64,000 nt of DNA, from IMG/VR virus record IMGVR_UViG_3300032257_000009, positions 7,728 through 71,727 of that record, one strand, 5' to 3'. The position numbers and the translations under genes are program-made. The DNA comes from a virus. Shown in pieces: positions 1 through 10,591 of the stretch (position 1 is its first letter; every line of letters begins with the position of its first letter). The notes under the pieces are model-generated. The model made no database searches. It saw only the letters and a program-made list of their open reading frames with translations, and was not told the origin of the DNA.

Positions 1-113
1 AATATGATGTAGGAAGTCCCTGATCATATTTGCAGAATAGGCGGTTGTTTTTGACTTTATCTAATGGGTAGGTCTTTAGTCAAACTTGTTGCATTATATA
101 GCGACAGCCGCCA

Positions 114-188
114 GCCACCTATAGCTCAGACTGGGAAGAGCGTTGATTTTTGAATCAGAGGTCGTCAGTTCAAATCTGGCAGGTGGCT
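114..188 (+). tRNA. Atypical tRNA (possibly Gln-TTG) or tRNA-like RNA
   Basis: Acceptor GCCACCT/AGGTGGC, D arm GCTC..GAGC, T arm GTCAG-TTCAAAT-CTGGC, variable loop AGGTC. There is an extra nucleotide before the D stem, a 16-nt anticodon arm and no encoded CCA. Confidence 0.75.
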
Positions 189-203
189 TTTAGGAGAATG
201 GTA

Positions 204-965
204 ATGAGTAATTCAAATTTTTGGGAAAAGCCTGACTTACTAGTTCTTTCTGGTTCAAGGCTATACGGCTGCAATGATGAAAATTCAGATCACGATCTGA
301 AAGGTTTTGTTGTTGCCCCTGCTCCATATCTATTGGGTAGAGAAAAGTTTGAACAGTTTGAGGAAGAGGATGTAGACACTATCGTTTGGGGATTGCAAAA
401 GTTTTTGAATCTCATGACAAAAGGCTCTCCCAATGCTTTTGAAATACTTTTTGCGCCAGACGAATTTATTCAAGAAATAACTCCCGCAGGCAGACTTGTT
501 GTTGACAATAGGCAGTTGTTTATGGGCATCAATCAGCTATCTCCTGTAATAGGTTATTCTCGATATGAATGGCAAAAAGCTCTTCTCCTACAAAAGGATA
601 AGAAGTCAAGTACCACTGTTGGTCTAAGGAAGCAAGCTGCATTTCAGAAGTATGGGTATTGTCCTAAGAATGCTTACCATGCGATAAGAATACTTCATCA
701 AGGAATCGAGCTTGCTAAACATCAGCATATAACCTTTCCTCGACCAGAGGTTGAAACTCTTATAATGATTCGTAATGGAGAGATCCCTTTTGCTGAATTG
801 GAGGTTATGTTTGAATCTCTTCATGCAGAATTCACTCTGCTAACCAATACTTCTACATTGCCAGAGATGCCATCTCTCGAAAGAATAAATCAATTGTATT
901 ACGATATAATAAACGAACCTGTTTCTAACTTTTTGGAGAATACCTGTGCAAATACTATTTCTTGA
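204..965 (+). CDS. RlaP/YcgL-like DNA polymerase beta-family nucleotidyltransferase (RNA-repair associated)
   Basis: Motifs GSRLYG...SDHDLKG, KGSPNAFEILF and KNAYHAIR. Start moved to the ATG at 204 after SD AGGAG. Confidence 0.8.
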   Translation: MSNSNFWEKPDLLVLSGSRLYGCNDENSDHDLKGFVVAPAPYLLGREKFEQFEEEDVDTIVWGLQKFLNLMTKGSPNAFEILFAPDEFIQEITPAGRLVVDNRQLFMGINQLSPVIGYSRYEWQKALLLQKDKKSSTTVGLRKQAAFQKYGYCPKNAYHAIRILHQGIELAKHQHITFPRPEVETLIMIRNGEIPFAELEVMFESLHAEFTLLTNTSTLPEMPSLERINQLYYDIINEPVSNFLENTCANTIS

Positions 966-1383
966 TGATAATCCTGAGCGACACAAGAAGTTCAGAACCT
1001 TGTCTATTGGATGTTCTGTCGATTTCGTATGGAATGCCGCAGAAGCCATAGAAAAGCTATCAGATAAAGAAAATGAGTATGATCTGATTATGTTAGACCA
1101 TGACTTAGATGTCGAAAAACAAGATATGCTCTTAGAAGACGAAGAGGATGGCAGATATGTTGCTAGGCACTTAGCGACTCTCGTTGATTTTAGGAAGAAT
1201 TCGCATGTCGTAATCCATTCATTAAACTATAATGGTGGACTAGATATGCAAGACATACTTACAAAAGCTGGATTCGAAAATGTTACTCATCTGCCTTTTG
1301 GCTGGAGAATGTTTAGAAAAACGGACAATGGCTGCGAGTTTGTTCCGGATGATAAAAAATGGGGATCGGATGTAAGTCTATGA
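946..1383 (+). CDS. Cyclic-phosphate-processing receiver-like domain protein
   Basis: ILFLDD...LDHDL...VIHS-N pattern typical of phage stand-alone receiver-like proteins. Confidence 0.75.
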   Translation: MQILFLDDNPERHKKFRTLSIGCSVDFVWNAAEAIEKLSDKENEYDLIMLDHDLDVEKQDMLLEDEEDGRYVARHLATLVDFRKNSHVVIHSLNYNGGLDMQDILTKAGFENVTHLPFGWRMFRKTDNGCEFVPDDKKWGSDVSL

Positions 1384-2270
1384 AAATCAAGAGTCTTACT
1401 CTCAAGAATTTCTGTGGATACGAAGATGCTCATTTTGACTTTCTTCGTAAAGACGGAACACCTAAACCTGTTTGTGCCTTCTATGGACCAAATGGTTGTG
1501 GGAAATCTACGGCTCTTGAAGCTATAGAGATGCTTGGGAATATTCGGAGATACATGGACAGAGAGAATGATCTTCTTTTTAGAAAATTAGAATATCATTC
1601 AGATTATGACCCATCTCTTCCTCACTACCAGTCTTCTGAAAAGAAGATGACTATGAGCGCCTGCTTCGTTGATGAGGATGGGAGAGAATATACCAATACA
1701 ATGACATCGGAAGGGGCTGAAGAGGGTAGCGAATTCGATGGTATTTTATCTGCCGAGTTGACGGATTCTTACGTAACCTGTTTTATTGATGCTGATAATC
1801 AAATCAATGTTCAGAAATTCCAATTACCAGATGTGGCTAAAAAAGATTTCTTAGATATTGCGACAGTTGTATACGGTTATACTCCTACGGTTGATAAATC
1901 TATATTCACTATAGAAGATGATGAAGAGATACTTTTTTGGCAGGATCTTATAATAGAAAAAGGCAAGACAAAAGTACATTACAAAAGAATGTCTGCTGGA
2001 GAGAAAAAGATAGCGACTCTTCTTAGGAGTATATGCAATCCCTATACAACGAGAGATAGCGAAGTTCTTCTTGTTGACAATATTGAAATGCATGTCTACT
2101 TTGAAAGGCATGGGAAAATGATGGATAAGATTCTAGAAATCTGTCCTGGGAAACAATTTATTGTAACCTCACATTCAGGAGATATGCTAAAACATATCGG
2201 TGAAAACTACGGCGAAGATTGTCTCTTCAATGTTCCGGAAATAAAAAACGAGCCAATGAATGATGTCTAA
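1380..2270 (+). CDS. ABC-type ATPase (AAA_21/OLD/SbcC-like head, no coiled coil)
   Basis: Walker A GPNGCGKST, signature MSAGEKK, Walker B LLVDNIE, H-loop VTSHS. ATGA overlap with the previous gene. Confidence 0.8.
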   Translation: MKIKSLTLKNFCGYEDAHFDFLRKDGTPKPVCAFYGPNGCGKSTALEAIEMLGNIRRYMDRENDLLFRKLEYHSDYDPSLPHYQSSEKKMTMSACFVDEDGREYTNTMTSEGAEEGSEFDGILSAELTDSYVTCFIDADNQINVQKFQLPDVAKKDFLDIATVVYGYTPTVDKSIFTIEDDEEILFWQDLIIEKGKTKVHYKRMSAGEKKIATLLRSICNPYTTRDSEVLLVDNIEMHVYFERHGKMMDKILEICPGKQFIVTSHSGDMLKHIGENYGEDCLFNVPEIKNEPMNDV

Positions 2271-2568
2271 AAACAAGCAAAATGAAAAGACCTATACAGC
2301 TATAACTCTTGTAGCATTTGTTTTGGTTGTGTTTTCAATTCTAGTGGCCGTCTATTATTATGTAGGCAGCCCTCAGACTGTTGAGATTAAAGATACAACA
2401 GAACTAATTGTTGAAGTAGAGAATAACAATAGCATTAGTTATTACAAGTATTCAAATTCAGACATGGTGTTTGCAAAAATTGAAATAGAAGGACACGTTT
2501 CTGTGTCAGTGGTTCCATTAGAACAAGTAGGCTCAATCAATCTACCCATTGAAGTGATAGAAGAATAA
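2260..2568 (+). CDS. Hypothetical membrane-anchored protein
   Basis: N-terminal hydrophobic helix; in operon. Confidence 0.6.
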   Translation: MMSKNKQNEKTYTAITLVAFVLVVFSILVAVYYYVGSPQTVEIKDTTELIVEVENNNSISYYKYSNSDMVFAKIEIEGHVSVSVVPLEQVGSINLPIEVIEE

Positions 2569-2569
2569 T

Positions 2570-3187
2570 ATGTCAACTGAAACAACAAGCGAAATGATTT
2601 CCAAAGGTATCGAAAATGGAATCTCTTTATACCAAAGCTTTTTACAAAGCAATGATGAAGTTGTTATTTCCATAAGCGAAGAGAATCCTGATTGTAAAGA
2701 ATACAGATTGGTTAACCTCTCTTCTCCAGATGAAGATAGCCCAAGCAGTTTGAACATCTTTCCTCTTATACACTTTGAAAGCGATTTCTTGGATTCTATA
2801 ACAAGAAATATATCTATTGTACTTATTGCTTTTGGTCTAGAAGTCTTAGATAAAAAAGGACAGACTCTGGATCTCACTGAAGAAGAATCGGACAGAATTC
2901 AGAACATAGATAATCTTCTTGCAATAAGCCATGAGTTTGAAACTTATTTCCAGTCTACTGACGGCGGCTGGACTATCAAAGCAAAGTCTAAGTCTTTTAG
3001 CGAAGACATTGAATTGTTTGATGTTCTTTCAAAGAAAAAACTACAGACTATCTTTGTGGAAAAATTCTTAGGCTTTCTTTTTGCATCAAAGGACAAATCT
3101 GTTCTCTTGGCAGAAGGTACTCTTTTGAATATGTGTGGCTGCGCGCTTTACCCAGAAGATGATAATAGCGAAAATGACGATAACTAA
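2570..3187 (+). CDS. Hypothetical protein
   Basis: 205-aa ORF tightly packed in operon. Confidence 0.6.
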   Translation: MSTETTSEMISKGIENGISLYQSFLQSNDEVVISISEENPDCKEYRLVNLSSPDEDSPSSLNIFPLIHFESDFLDSITRNISIVLIAFGLEVLDKKGQTLDLTEEESDRIQNIDNLLAISHEFETYFQSTDGGWTIKAKSKSFSEDIELFDVLSKKKLQTIFVEKFLGFLFASKDKSVLLAEGTLLNMCGCALYPEDDNSENDDN

Positions 3188-3189
3188 AT

Positions 3190-3633
3190 ATGTCGAGAGA
3201 CTTGATTACTCAATTTGATATAGATAAGCACAGAGAATCTTCTTGGATATCTTGCATCAATGCAGTTATGTCTGAGGGAAGACCTCAATTTATAAATATC
3301 ATAGAGCATAAGTACACGGACACTTTTTTCGAGATTCCTCCGACCTGTAAGTTTATCTGTCACACGAGCAAAGATGGTGGACTCGTAAATTTTATGCGAG
3401 AAGGAGAGGCTTCGGCAGACATTGTTGAATATCTTTATACTCTCAACTTGCAACAGCAAACTTACGGCAATTCAAGTGCAGATATTGTTATCTCTAGAAC
3501 CGTTCATACTTTCTTCGAATTATATGGTTATATGGATATAGACTTGCATATAGTGAGGAGACCCTTGAAGTCTCAGGGAGAATTACAAATCTCCATTGCT
3601 GTATTCAATAGAGATAAAATAATAAGACTCTAA
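3190..3633 (+). CDS. Hypothetical protein
   Basis: 147-aa ORF tightly packed in operon. Confidence 0.6.
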   Translation: MSRDLITQFDIDKHRESSWISCINAVMSEGRPQFINIIEHKYTDTFFEIPPTCKFICHTSKDGGLVNFMREGEASADIVEYLYTLNLQQQTYGNSSADIVISRTVHTFFELYGYMDIDLHIVRRPLKSQGELQISIAVFNRDKIIRL

Positions 3634-3642
3634 GGAGTAAAT

Positions 3643-4353
3643 ATGAATTTATTTACAATTGACGAACTCTATATCTTCAACAAATTTCTATCTATAATAA
3701 ATAAGAGAACGGAATCTGCTAATCCAATTACTCTTGATGATGTTTCTCGTTATGTATACCAAGAATACCAAAAAGAAACATGTACTGGGTACGAAAGAAA
3801 ATATCATAACTTCAGTCATGTAATTGATTGCATAAACACTTTAGAGTTTGTATCTACGATTTATTCTTTATCTGAAATGGAATATGATTTACTATTCGTT
3901 GCTATTATATATCACGATGCTGTTTATAAAACTGGAGAACTTCTCGCTCCAGGCGGTAACGAGATGTTTAGTGCGATATTTGCCGCTAAAGAGCTAAAGA
4001 CTCTAAGAATGTCTAAGGATTTTATAGATGAAGTATCTAGACTAATACTTGCAACAATGCATTCTGATCCTGTTTTTGACTCAACCTTTTTAGAATTAGT
4101 TATAAGAGATATAGATTTAGCAGGTCTTGCTGCTCCCTGGGAACAGTTCTCCAAGGTATCAGATAATATTCGTCACGAATATGGCTGCTATGATGATGCT
4201 TCTTATGCAGAGGGTAGAATAGCCTTCTTAGATAACTTTCTAAGTAGAGATTCTATCTATAATTGTCATAAGCTAAGAGATCTATGGGAAAATACGGCTT
4301 TAGACAACCTGAAGCAGCATTTACAAGAGCTACAAGTAACTTCAGCTAAGTAA
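3643..4353 (+). CDS. HD-superfamily phosphohydrolase
   Basis: RKYHNFSH, IIYHD, NEMFSA, ILATMH, DIDL and IRHEY motifs; SD AAGGAG. Confidence 0.8.
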   Translation: MNLFTIDELYIFNKFLSIINKRTESANPITLDDVSRYVYQEYQKETCTGYERKYHNFSHVIDCINTLEFVSTIYSLSEMEYDLLFVAIIYHDAVYKTGELLAPGGNEMFSAIFAAKELKTLRMSKDFIDEVSRLILATMHSDPVFDSTFLELVIRDIDLAGLAAPWEQFSKVSDNIRHEYGCYDDASYAEGRIAFLDNFLSRDSIYNCHKLRDLWENTALDNLKQHLQELQVTSAK

Positions 4354-4420
4354 AAGCATTATCTATTTATTATCTATTATAAATACAGCTAATAAATGCT
4401 CCATTTTAGAGCTTTTTCCT

Positions 4421-4687
4421 GAATTCTCGTGTCATTTTTCAAAGTTTTCTGCTTTTTCTAGTAGGTCAGAGACTTGTACCACTACATATTGTATATTATA
4501 TCTTGTTTTTTTCGAGAATTTGGCAAGTTTTAATAAGTAAGGTTATTACTAGTATAAGTAATAATAAGAATTGTCAAATCCTCGGCTTTTTATACTAATA
4601 AATACCTAATATAGCAGTATGAGTGAATCTCTGTCGAGAATTTGACAACAAAAAACGAGAATCTGACATAAATTGGCCTTATTCTCG
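4421..4687. repeat. Dispersed direct and inverted repeats, consensus CGAGAATTTGRCAA (iteron/operator-like)
   Basis: Copies at 4513-4526(+), 4571-4584(-), 4635-4648(+) and 4656-4669(+); partial copies at 4421-4430(-) and 4673-4687(-); very AT-rich intergenic DNA. Confidence 0.65.
4479..4494. promoter_or_regulatory. NrdR-box-like site
   Basis: CCACTACATATTGTAT resembles the NrdR consensus aCaCwAtATaTwGtGt; single copy. Confidence 0.35.
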
Positions 4688-4765
4688 TTTTTCTCTAATA
4701 TTAGTTATTGTTTATAGCGCTTTTATAATTATATAAGACCATTTTACTAGAGTTATACTTTTACC

Positions 4766-5044
4766 TTACGACAATAGGTCGTCATAGTCTACTGGGTCTG
4801 GTTCTGTAGGGACTTCATCTGTTTCCATAAAAGACAGAGTTTCGGATCTTATCTTTGCGAATCTGCGAATTGCATCCCATGTACGGTGCTTGCCGTTGAA
4901 ATCAGACCAGTCGCCTGTAGGTAAAGTCTTGGATTGGAGTATGTACACTAGATTATCTATTTCTTCATTCATATTACTTTGTTCTATATTTGTTATGCGA
5001 ATGCCTTTGAGATTATGAGTGAAAGTCTTATCGTAAAGTTGCAT
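4766..5044 (-). CDS. Hypothetical protein
   Basis: 92-aa ORF with natural composition and acidic tail. Confidence 0.5.
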   Translation of the reverse strand: MQLYDKTFTHNLKGIRITNIEQSNMNEEIDNLVYILQSKTLPTGDWSDFNGKHRTWDAIRRFAKIRSETLSFMETDEVPTEPDPVDYDDLLS

Positions 5045-5129
5045 TCCTGTCGAAAGCGATCATAGACATAGATTAATTAGGCCATCGCAAGCTTGATTAA
5101 TTGCGCGAATGAACGAGGAATTAAAATTA

Positions 5130-5580
5130 TAGTGTGTCCCCGAACTTCACTGGACCGTATCGTTGCTACGATAAGCAACCACTCTTGCCCCACAAAGGGC
5201 GGTGTAGTATACAATGTGCGAATGAATATACTATTTTCCTGCTTATGTAAAAATAAGATAGTTGTTGTCTCGGCTTCTGGTCGCTCTTCATTGAGACAAT
5301 AGACGAAAAGAAACGGTGACTGGCTGAAAGCCGGGTTAACAAACCGACCTAAAGAAATCAACCCCGGCAACGTCGTATCCTCACGGCGAGCAGTAGTTGT
5401 TTGTTCTTTTTTAAGGAATGAATTTCTACTGAAGAGCGGCTATTTAACTACTGTGTAGCTATTATCTTCTGCTAACAAAATAAAAATCTTAATCTAAAAG
5501 ACTTTATATAAACCGACTCTAACAGCGTTAGAGGCGGTGCGAGTGAACGAAGTGAAGGAGCTGGCCCTCAGGCACTCTAC
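5130..5580 (+). ncRNA. Putative large structured ncRNA with loop-loop pseudoknot
   Basis: Many stems, with G-U pairs favouring the + strand; 13-bp pairing of 5278-5290 with 5430-5442; no convincing ORF. Boundaries approximate. Confidence 0.55.
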
Positions 5581-5657
5581 TTCTAAAACAAGGTTCATAT
5601 GACTCTAGCTTAGAATACTACTTCTGGACGATAAGATCTTTAAAGAGGAACAATACA

Positions 5658-5873
5658 ATGAGTGATAAGAACAAAAATGAATTTGATAAACAGTTTGGGA
5701 TAGATCCGCAGTCACATATTCTAGGACAACATAGAAATATACCTGATACTATAGATTGGTCTAAACTAATTGAGAGAGGTTCTCAGGAGCAAGATCCAAA
5801 CAAAAAACCTACAACAATGCTGGGATTCGTTAATGAACAGCACTCAAATACAGACCAAAAACCAAATAACTGA
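5658..5873 (+). CDS. Hypothetical protein
   Basis: 71-aa ORF with SD GAGG. Confidence 0.55.
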   Translation: MSDKNKNEFDKQFGIDPQSHILGQHRNIPDTIDWSKLIERGSQEQDPNKKPTTMLGFVNEQHSNTDQKPNN

Positions 5874-5900
5874 AAATTGGTATTCACATGCAATCCATGA

Positions 5901-7856
<1,956 letters not shown>

Positions 7857-7869
7857 GAGACCTATTGTT

Positions 7870-8088
7870 ATGTACGATGTAGGCAGTATCATAGAGATAA
7901 AAAATACGCTCAAAGAGATAGGAGCCTATGATGCTGACTACTTTGAGGAATGGTATTCTGCTCCCATTCCAGACTTTGAATATAAATCTCCTAAAGATAT
8001 GTTTGACTCAGGTGATTTGACTCAATTGCAAAATGTAATGAAGTGGTTAGATACAGGAATGCATAGCAGAAAAAATGACAGTGAATGA
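7870..8088 (+). CDS. Xre/MbcA/ParS antitoxin C-terminal-like small protein
   Basis: EWYSAPIPDFEYKSPKDMFDSGDLTQL resembles the W..P...L.G.TP..LL..G pattern; SD AGGAG. Confidence 0.5.
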   Translation: MYDVGSIIEIKNTLKEIGAYDADYFEEWYSAPIPDFEYKSPKDMFDSGDLTQLQNVMKWLDTGMHSRKNDSE

Positions 8089-8484
8089 ATAATGCCTTGA
8101 TTATTGAAAGCCGATAAATAGGGCATAAAGACGATACCGAAAAGGTATCAAAATGGAAAGGGATGTCGATATTGGCATCCCAATAGACGGGAAAGTTGTT
8201 ATAGCCATTTTTAATATAACGGTTCCCACAGACTATATGATATGGTTCCAACGAGTTATAGACTTATGAAGGTACGACCAAAGTGTAAGGGATAAATACA
8301 AAAATACTTACCAGGGCAAACATTGAAAGCCAAGCTGTGCGAGTTTGAAGGAATGAGTAAGAGAGATCTTACAACATACAAAGATAATATAAGATCATAA
8401 GAATCGTCTTTGTCACTGTATTCCGTATATAACTTTATTCAGCCAAGTGGGTCTTTTGGGACTGAAGCAACTCGAAGTTAGAAG

Positions 8485-8512
8485 AAAAAGTCGTCCGAGA
8501 GGACGCTTTTTT
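8485..8512 (+). terminator. Rho-independent terminator
   Basis: CGTCC-GAGA-GGACG followed by CTTTTTT. Confidence 0.7.
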
Positions 8513-8534
8513 ATTGTGATACTGGATATTCATT

Positions 8535-8897
8535 TTGGATTCAGTCGATATAGATATTATGACCAAATATTATTCTCAAGAGTTAGCGGAAATGATGGCA
8601 GTAAACGCTTTATTGTGTTATACGGAAAAATATTCAGAAAGAACAATATCTGGAGAAGTAATTCCGGAAGAGAAATGCGGATACCGAGCCTCTTTGATAG
8701 AAGATATGTTGTGGGTGTTCTATAAGGATAAGAGAGGTAGCATAGGAATCCGTATTCCAAATAGCGACATGACGAATCAGGAACTCGTTGAATTTGTATT
8801 AGATGAGGCACTATCTCAGATAGCAGAAGATAACCCATTGTTCCTCAAAAGAGAATGGAATGGCAATTATTCATTGGTTACAGAAGATATCTTTTGA
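8535..8897 (+). CDS. Hypothetical protein
   Basis: 120-aa ORF; start uncertain. Confidence 0.55.
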   Translation: MDSVDIDIMTKYYSQELAEMMAVNALLCYTEKYSERTISGEVIPEEKCGYRASLIEDMLWVFYKDKRGSIGIRIPNSDMTNQELVEFVLDEALSQIAEDNPLFLKREWNGNYSLVTEDIF

Positions 8898-8904
8898 TAA
8901 AAAC

Positions 8905-8934
8905 AAGGACATCTACGCATTCTAGTGTAAGATA
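8905..8934 (+). promoter_or_regulatory. Putative phage late promoter (AAGG-N18-GTAAGATA)
   Basis: The same spacing recurs upstream of other leader-bearing genes. Confidence 0.45.
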
Positions 8935-8961
8935 TTAATAACTTTATAGGAGTTTTTGAAT

Positions 8962-9249
8962 ATGTCCTGGTATAAAAACGAAAAACAAGCTCAATTTGAT
9001 AGCTCGCAGCAGGGCATTGATCAAGGCGTAGAAGACCCAACTGTTAACAATATCTTTCAGAATACAGAACAAAGTAACGAGTCAAGGTACAAAGGTACAA
9101 TGACTTATGATATTCGGGTTCCATATAATCAGGACCCACAAGCAGAACTAATAGCTGCTGAGCAAGAGGCTAGTGAGCTTTTTGATAGAGTATGGCAGGC
9201 TGTTGGCGATGAAGTCCCATTCCATAACCCGCCAGAAAAAGTACAATAA
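8962..9249 (+). CDS. Hypothetical protein with MSWYK..KQAQ leader (putative virion-internal protein)
   Basis: SD AGGAG; leader shared with other genes. Confidence 0.65.
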   Translation: MSWYKNEKQAQFDSSQQGIDQGVEDPTVNNIFQNTEQSNESRYKGTMTYDIRVPYNQDPQAELIAAEQEASELFDRVWQAVGDEVPFHNPPEKVQ

Positions 9250-9933
9250 TTAGTTCTTCATAACTAGTATTGTTTTTTCGAATTCTTTATAGATTTTTAT
9301 ATTTTTAGTAACAGCTTGTCCTAGAAGACAGGCGCTTTTGTAAGAAAAGCAATGAGCCATAGCTCTATAATCTTCGCTTGGATTGATTCCATTTTTGATT
9401 ATAGCAATAATGGTTCCTTGCTTTTTTATTTTAGATAGACACTTCATGAGGTCTGAGAATGGGTCAAAAGCAAATTCTAGGTGGTCGCATATGATTATTG
9501 CATCAAACTCTTCATCTCTATCGAGGTTAGACAGGTTGCCAATCATTGCATTATCTGAGAGCTTGTTTCTGTAGAAAGAATCAATAGTGAGTCCTCTGTA
9601 TTCTACATCCTTATCTAGTAACTCTTGAAAGGTTCCGTCTTGACAATCAATCTCTAATACTGATTGAGCATCGGGTGCGTAGTTCTTTAGAGGAAAGAAG
9701 CGTTCTTGATTTTCTACTTTTCTTCTTTCGAGATGATTGTAGGTCAGGGTATCTTGTATTATTTCCCTGTTGATTTTTCTTTTTCTATCTTGTAGTCTTA
9801 TGTATTGTTTCTTTATTGCTTTTTCTTCCGCGCAATTATAAACATGCTTGCACCCGTTACATTTTCTGTATTGGTAAAAGTGCATGCGTACTTTTACTGT
9901 ATCATTAGATTTGCAGATAGGGCATTTATTCAT
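9250..9933 (-). CDS. Class I SAM-methyltransferase-like protein with N-terminal Zn ribbon
   Basis: CPIC..CNGC, VLEIDCQDG (degenerate motif I), FDAII..DHLEF..DP. Confidence 0.7.
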   Translation of the reverse strand: MNKCPICKSNDTVKVRMHFYQYRKCNGCKHVYNCAEEKAIKKQYIRLQDRKRKINREIIQDTLTYNHLERRKVENQERFFPLKNYAPDAQSVLEIDCQDGTFQELLDKDVEYRGLTIDSFYRNKLSDNAMIGNLSNLDRDEEFDAIIICDHLEFAFDPFSDLMKCLSKIKKQGTIIAIIKNGINPSEDYRAMAHCFSYKSACLLGQAVTKNIKIYKEFEKTILVMKN

Positions 9934-9939
9934 AATAGA

Positions 9940-10557
9940 TTACTCAAATAAGTCTATTGAGTCGTTTATCATCTCTTGACATTCGGAGGAAGAGGCATAC
10001 CATCCCATAGGACCAGCTATGGCTGCTTCTTTTATTGTTTCTTCGTAAATGCCGAACCAGTTAGATATGTCAGACTTGGAAGATTTATGTAGTGAAGACC
10101 TATCTATTCCTGTTATTTCCTCAGCTTTGGAGTCAGCGCTTTTTCTTACTTCTTTCCATTCTTCGATAGTATCATACACAGGTCCCCAATGGAGAAGTTT
10201 TTGATCTCTAGATACAACCCAGAATTCAGGATTGAATGTGGAACAACTTTTTATTAGTTTCTTGGTCAGTGAAACGGCTAGAGGATTGAAGCCCTCATCT
10301 TCTAGATCAGAAAATGGAATATCGAAAGGACCGTTAGATCCCTTGTCTATTGCAAGGAGGTCTCCGGAGTTAAAATTGCAAGATATTACTAGGTCAACTT
10401 CTTTTACCGAAGCCGTTGCTTTCTTTATGTTCTCAGCAAAAGAACCCCATACTTTCACAGAATCTACCCCCTCTATAGAGGATATGGTTTCAATAGAAGA
10501 CTTTACATCTTCTAAGAGAAACTGGACAGTAGGCTGGGCTCGTTCATACCAATGCAT
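9940..10557 (-). CDS. Nucleotidyltransferase-like protein with MHWYERAQ leader
   Basis: VKVWGSF...KEVDLV pol-beta/MNT-like motif. Confidence 0.6.
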   Translation of the reverse strand: MHWYERAQPTVQFLLEDVKSSIETISSIEGVDSVKVWGSFAENIKKATASVKEVDLVISCNFNSGDLLAIDKGSNGPFDIPFSDLEDEGFNPLAVSLTKKLIKSCSTFNPEFWVVSRDQKLLHWGPVYDTIEEWKEVRKSADSKAEEITGIDRSSLHKSSKSDISNWFGIYEETIKEAAIAGPMGWYASSSECQEMINDSIDLFE

Positions 10558-10561
10558 AATT

Positions 10562-10591
10562 TACTATTGTGTGAAAAATATAAAAATCCTT
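10562..10591 (-). promoter_or_regulatory. Putative phage late promoter (AAGG-N18-CAATAGTA)
   Basis: Directly upstream of the MHWYERAQ gene. Confidence 0.4.

Noticed and set aside
43-113. A second true tRNA ending in CCA
   Set aside because: An acceptor-like stem exists, but there is no D or T arm consensus.
5077-5370. Short ORFs on both strands (5077-5370, 5093-5302)
   Set aside because: No SD, atypical composition; the region is better explained by RNA structure.
5130-5580. RNase P RNA, tmRNA or group I/II intron
   Set aside because: No GAGGAAAGUCC/P4 motif, no tRNA-like ends with a tag ORF, no domain V or P7 core, and no interrupted host gene.
8266-8400. MKVRPKCKG start resembling ribosomal protein L36
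   Set aside because: A stop follows 9 codons in, and the rest lacks the L36 Cys/His pattern.
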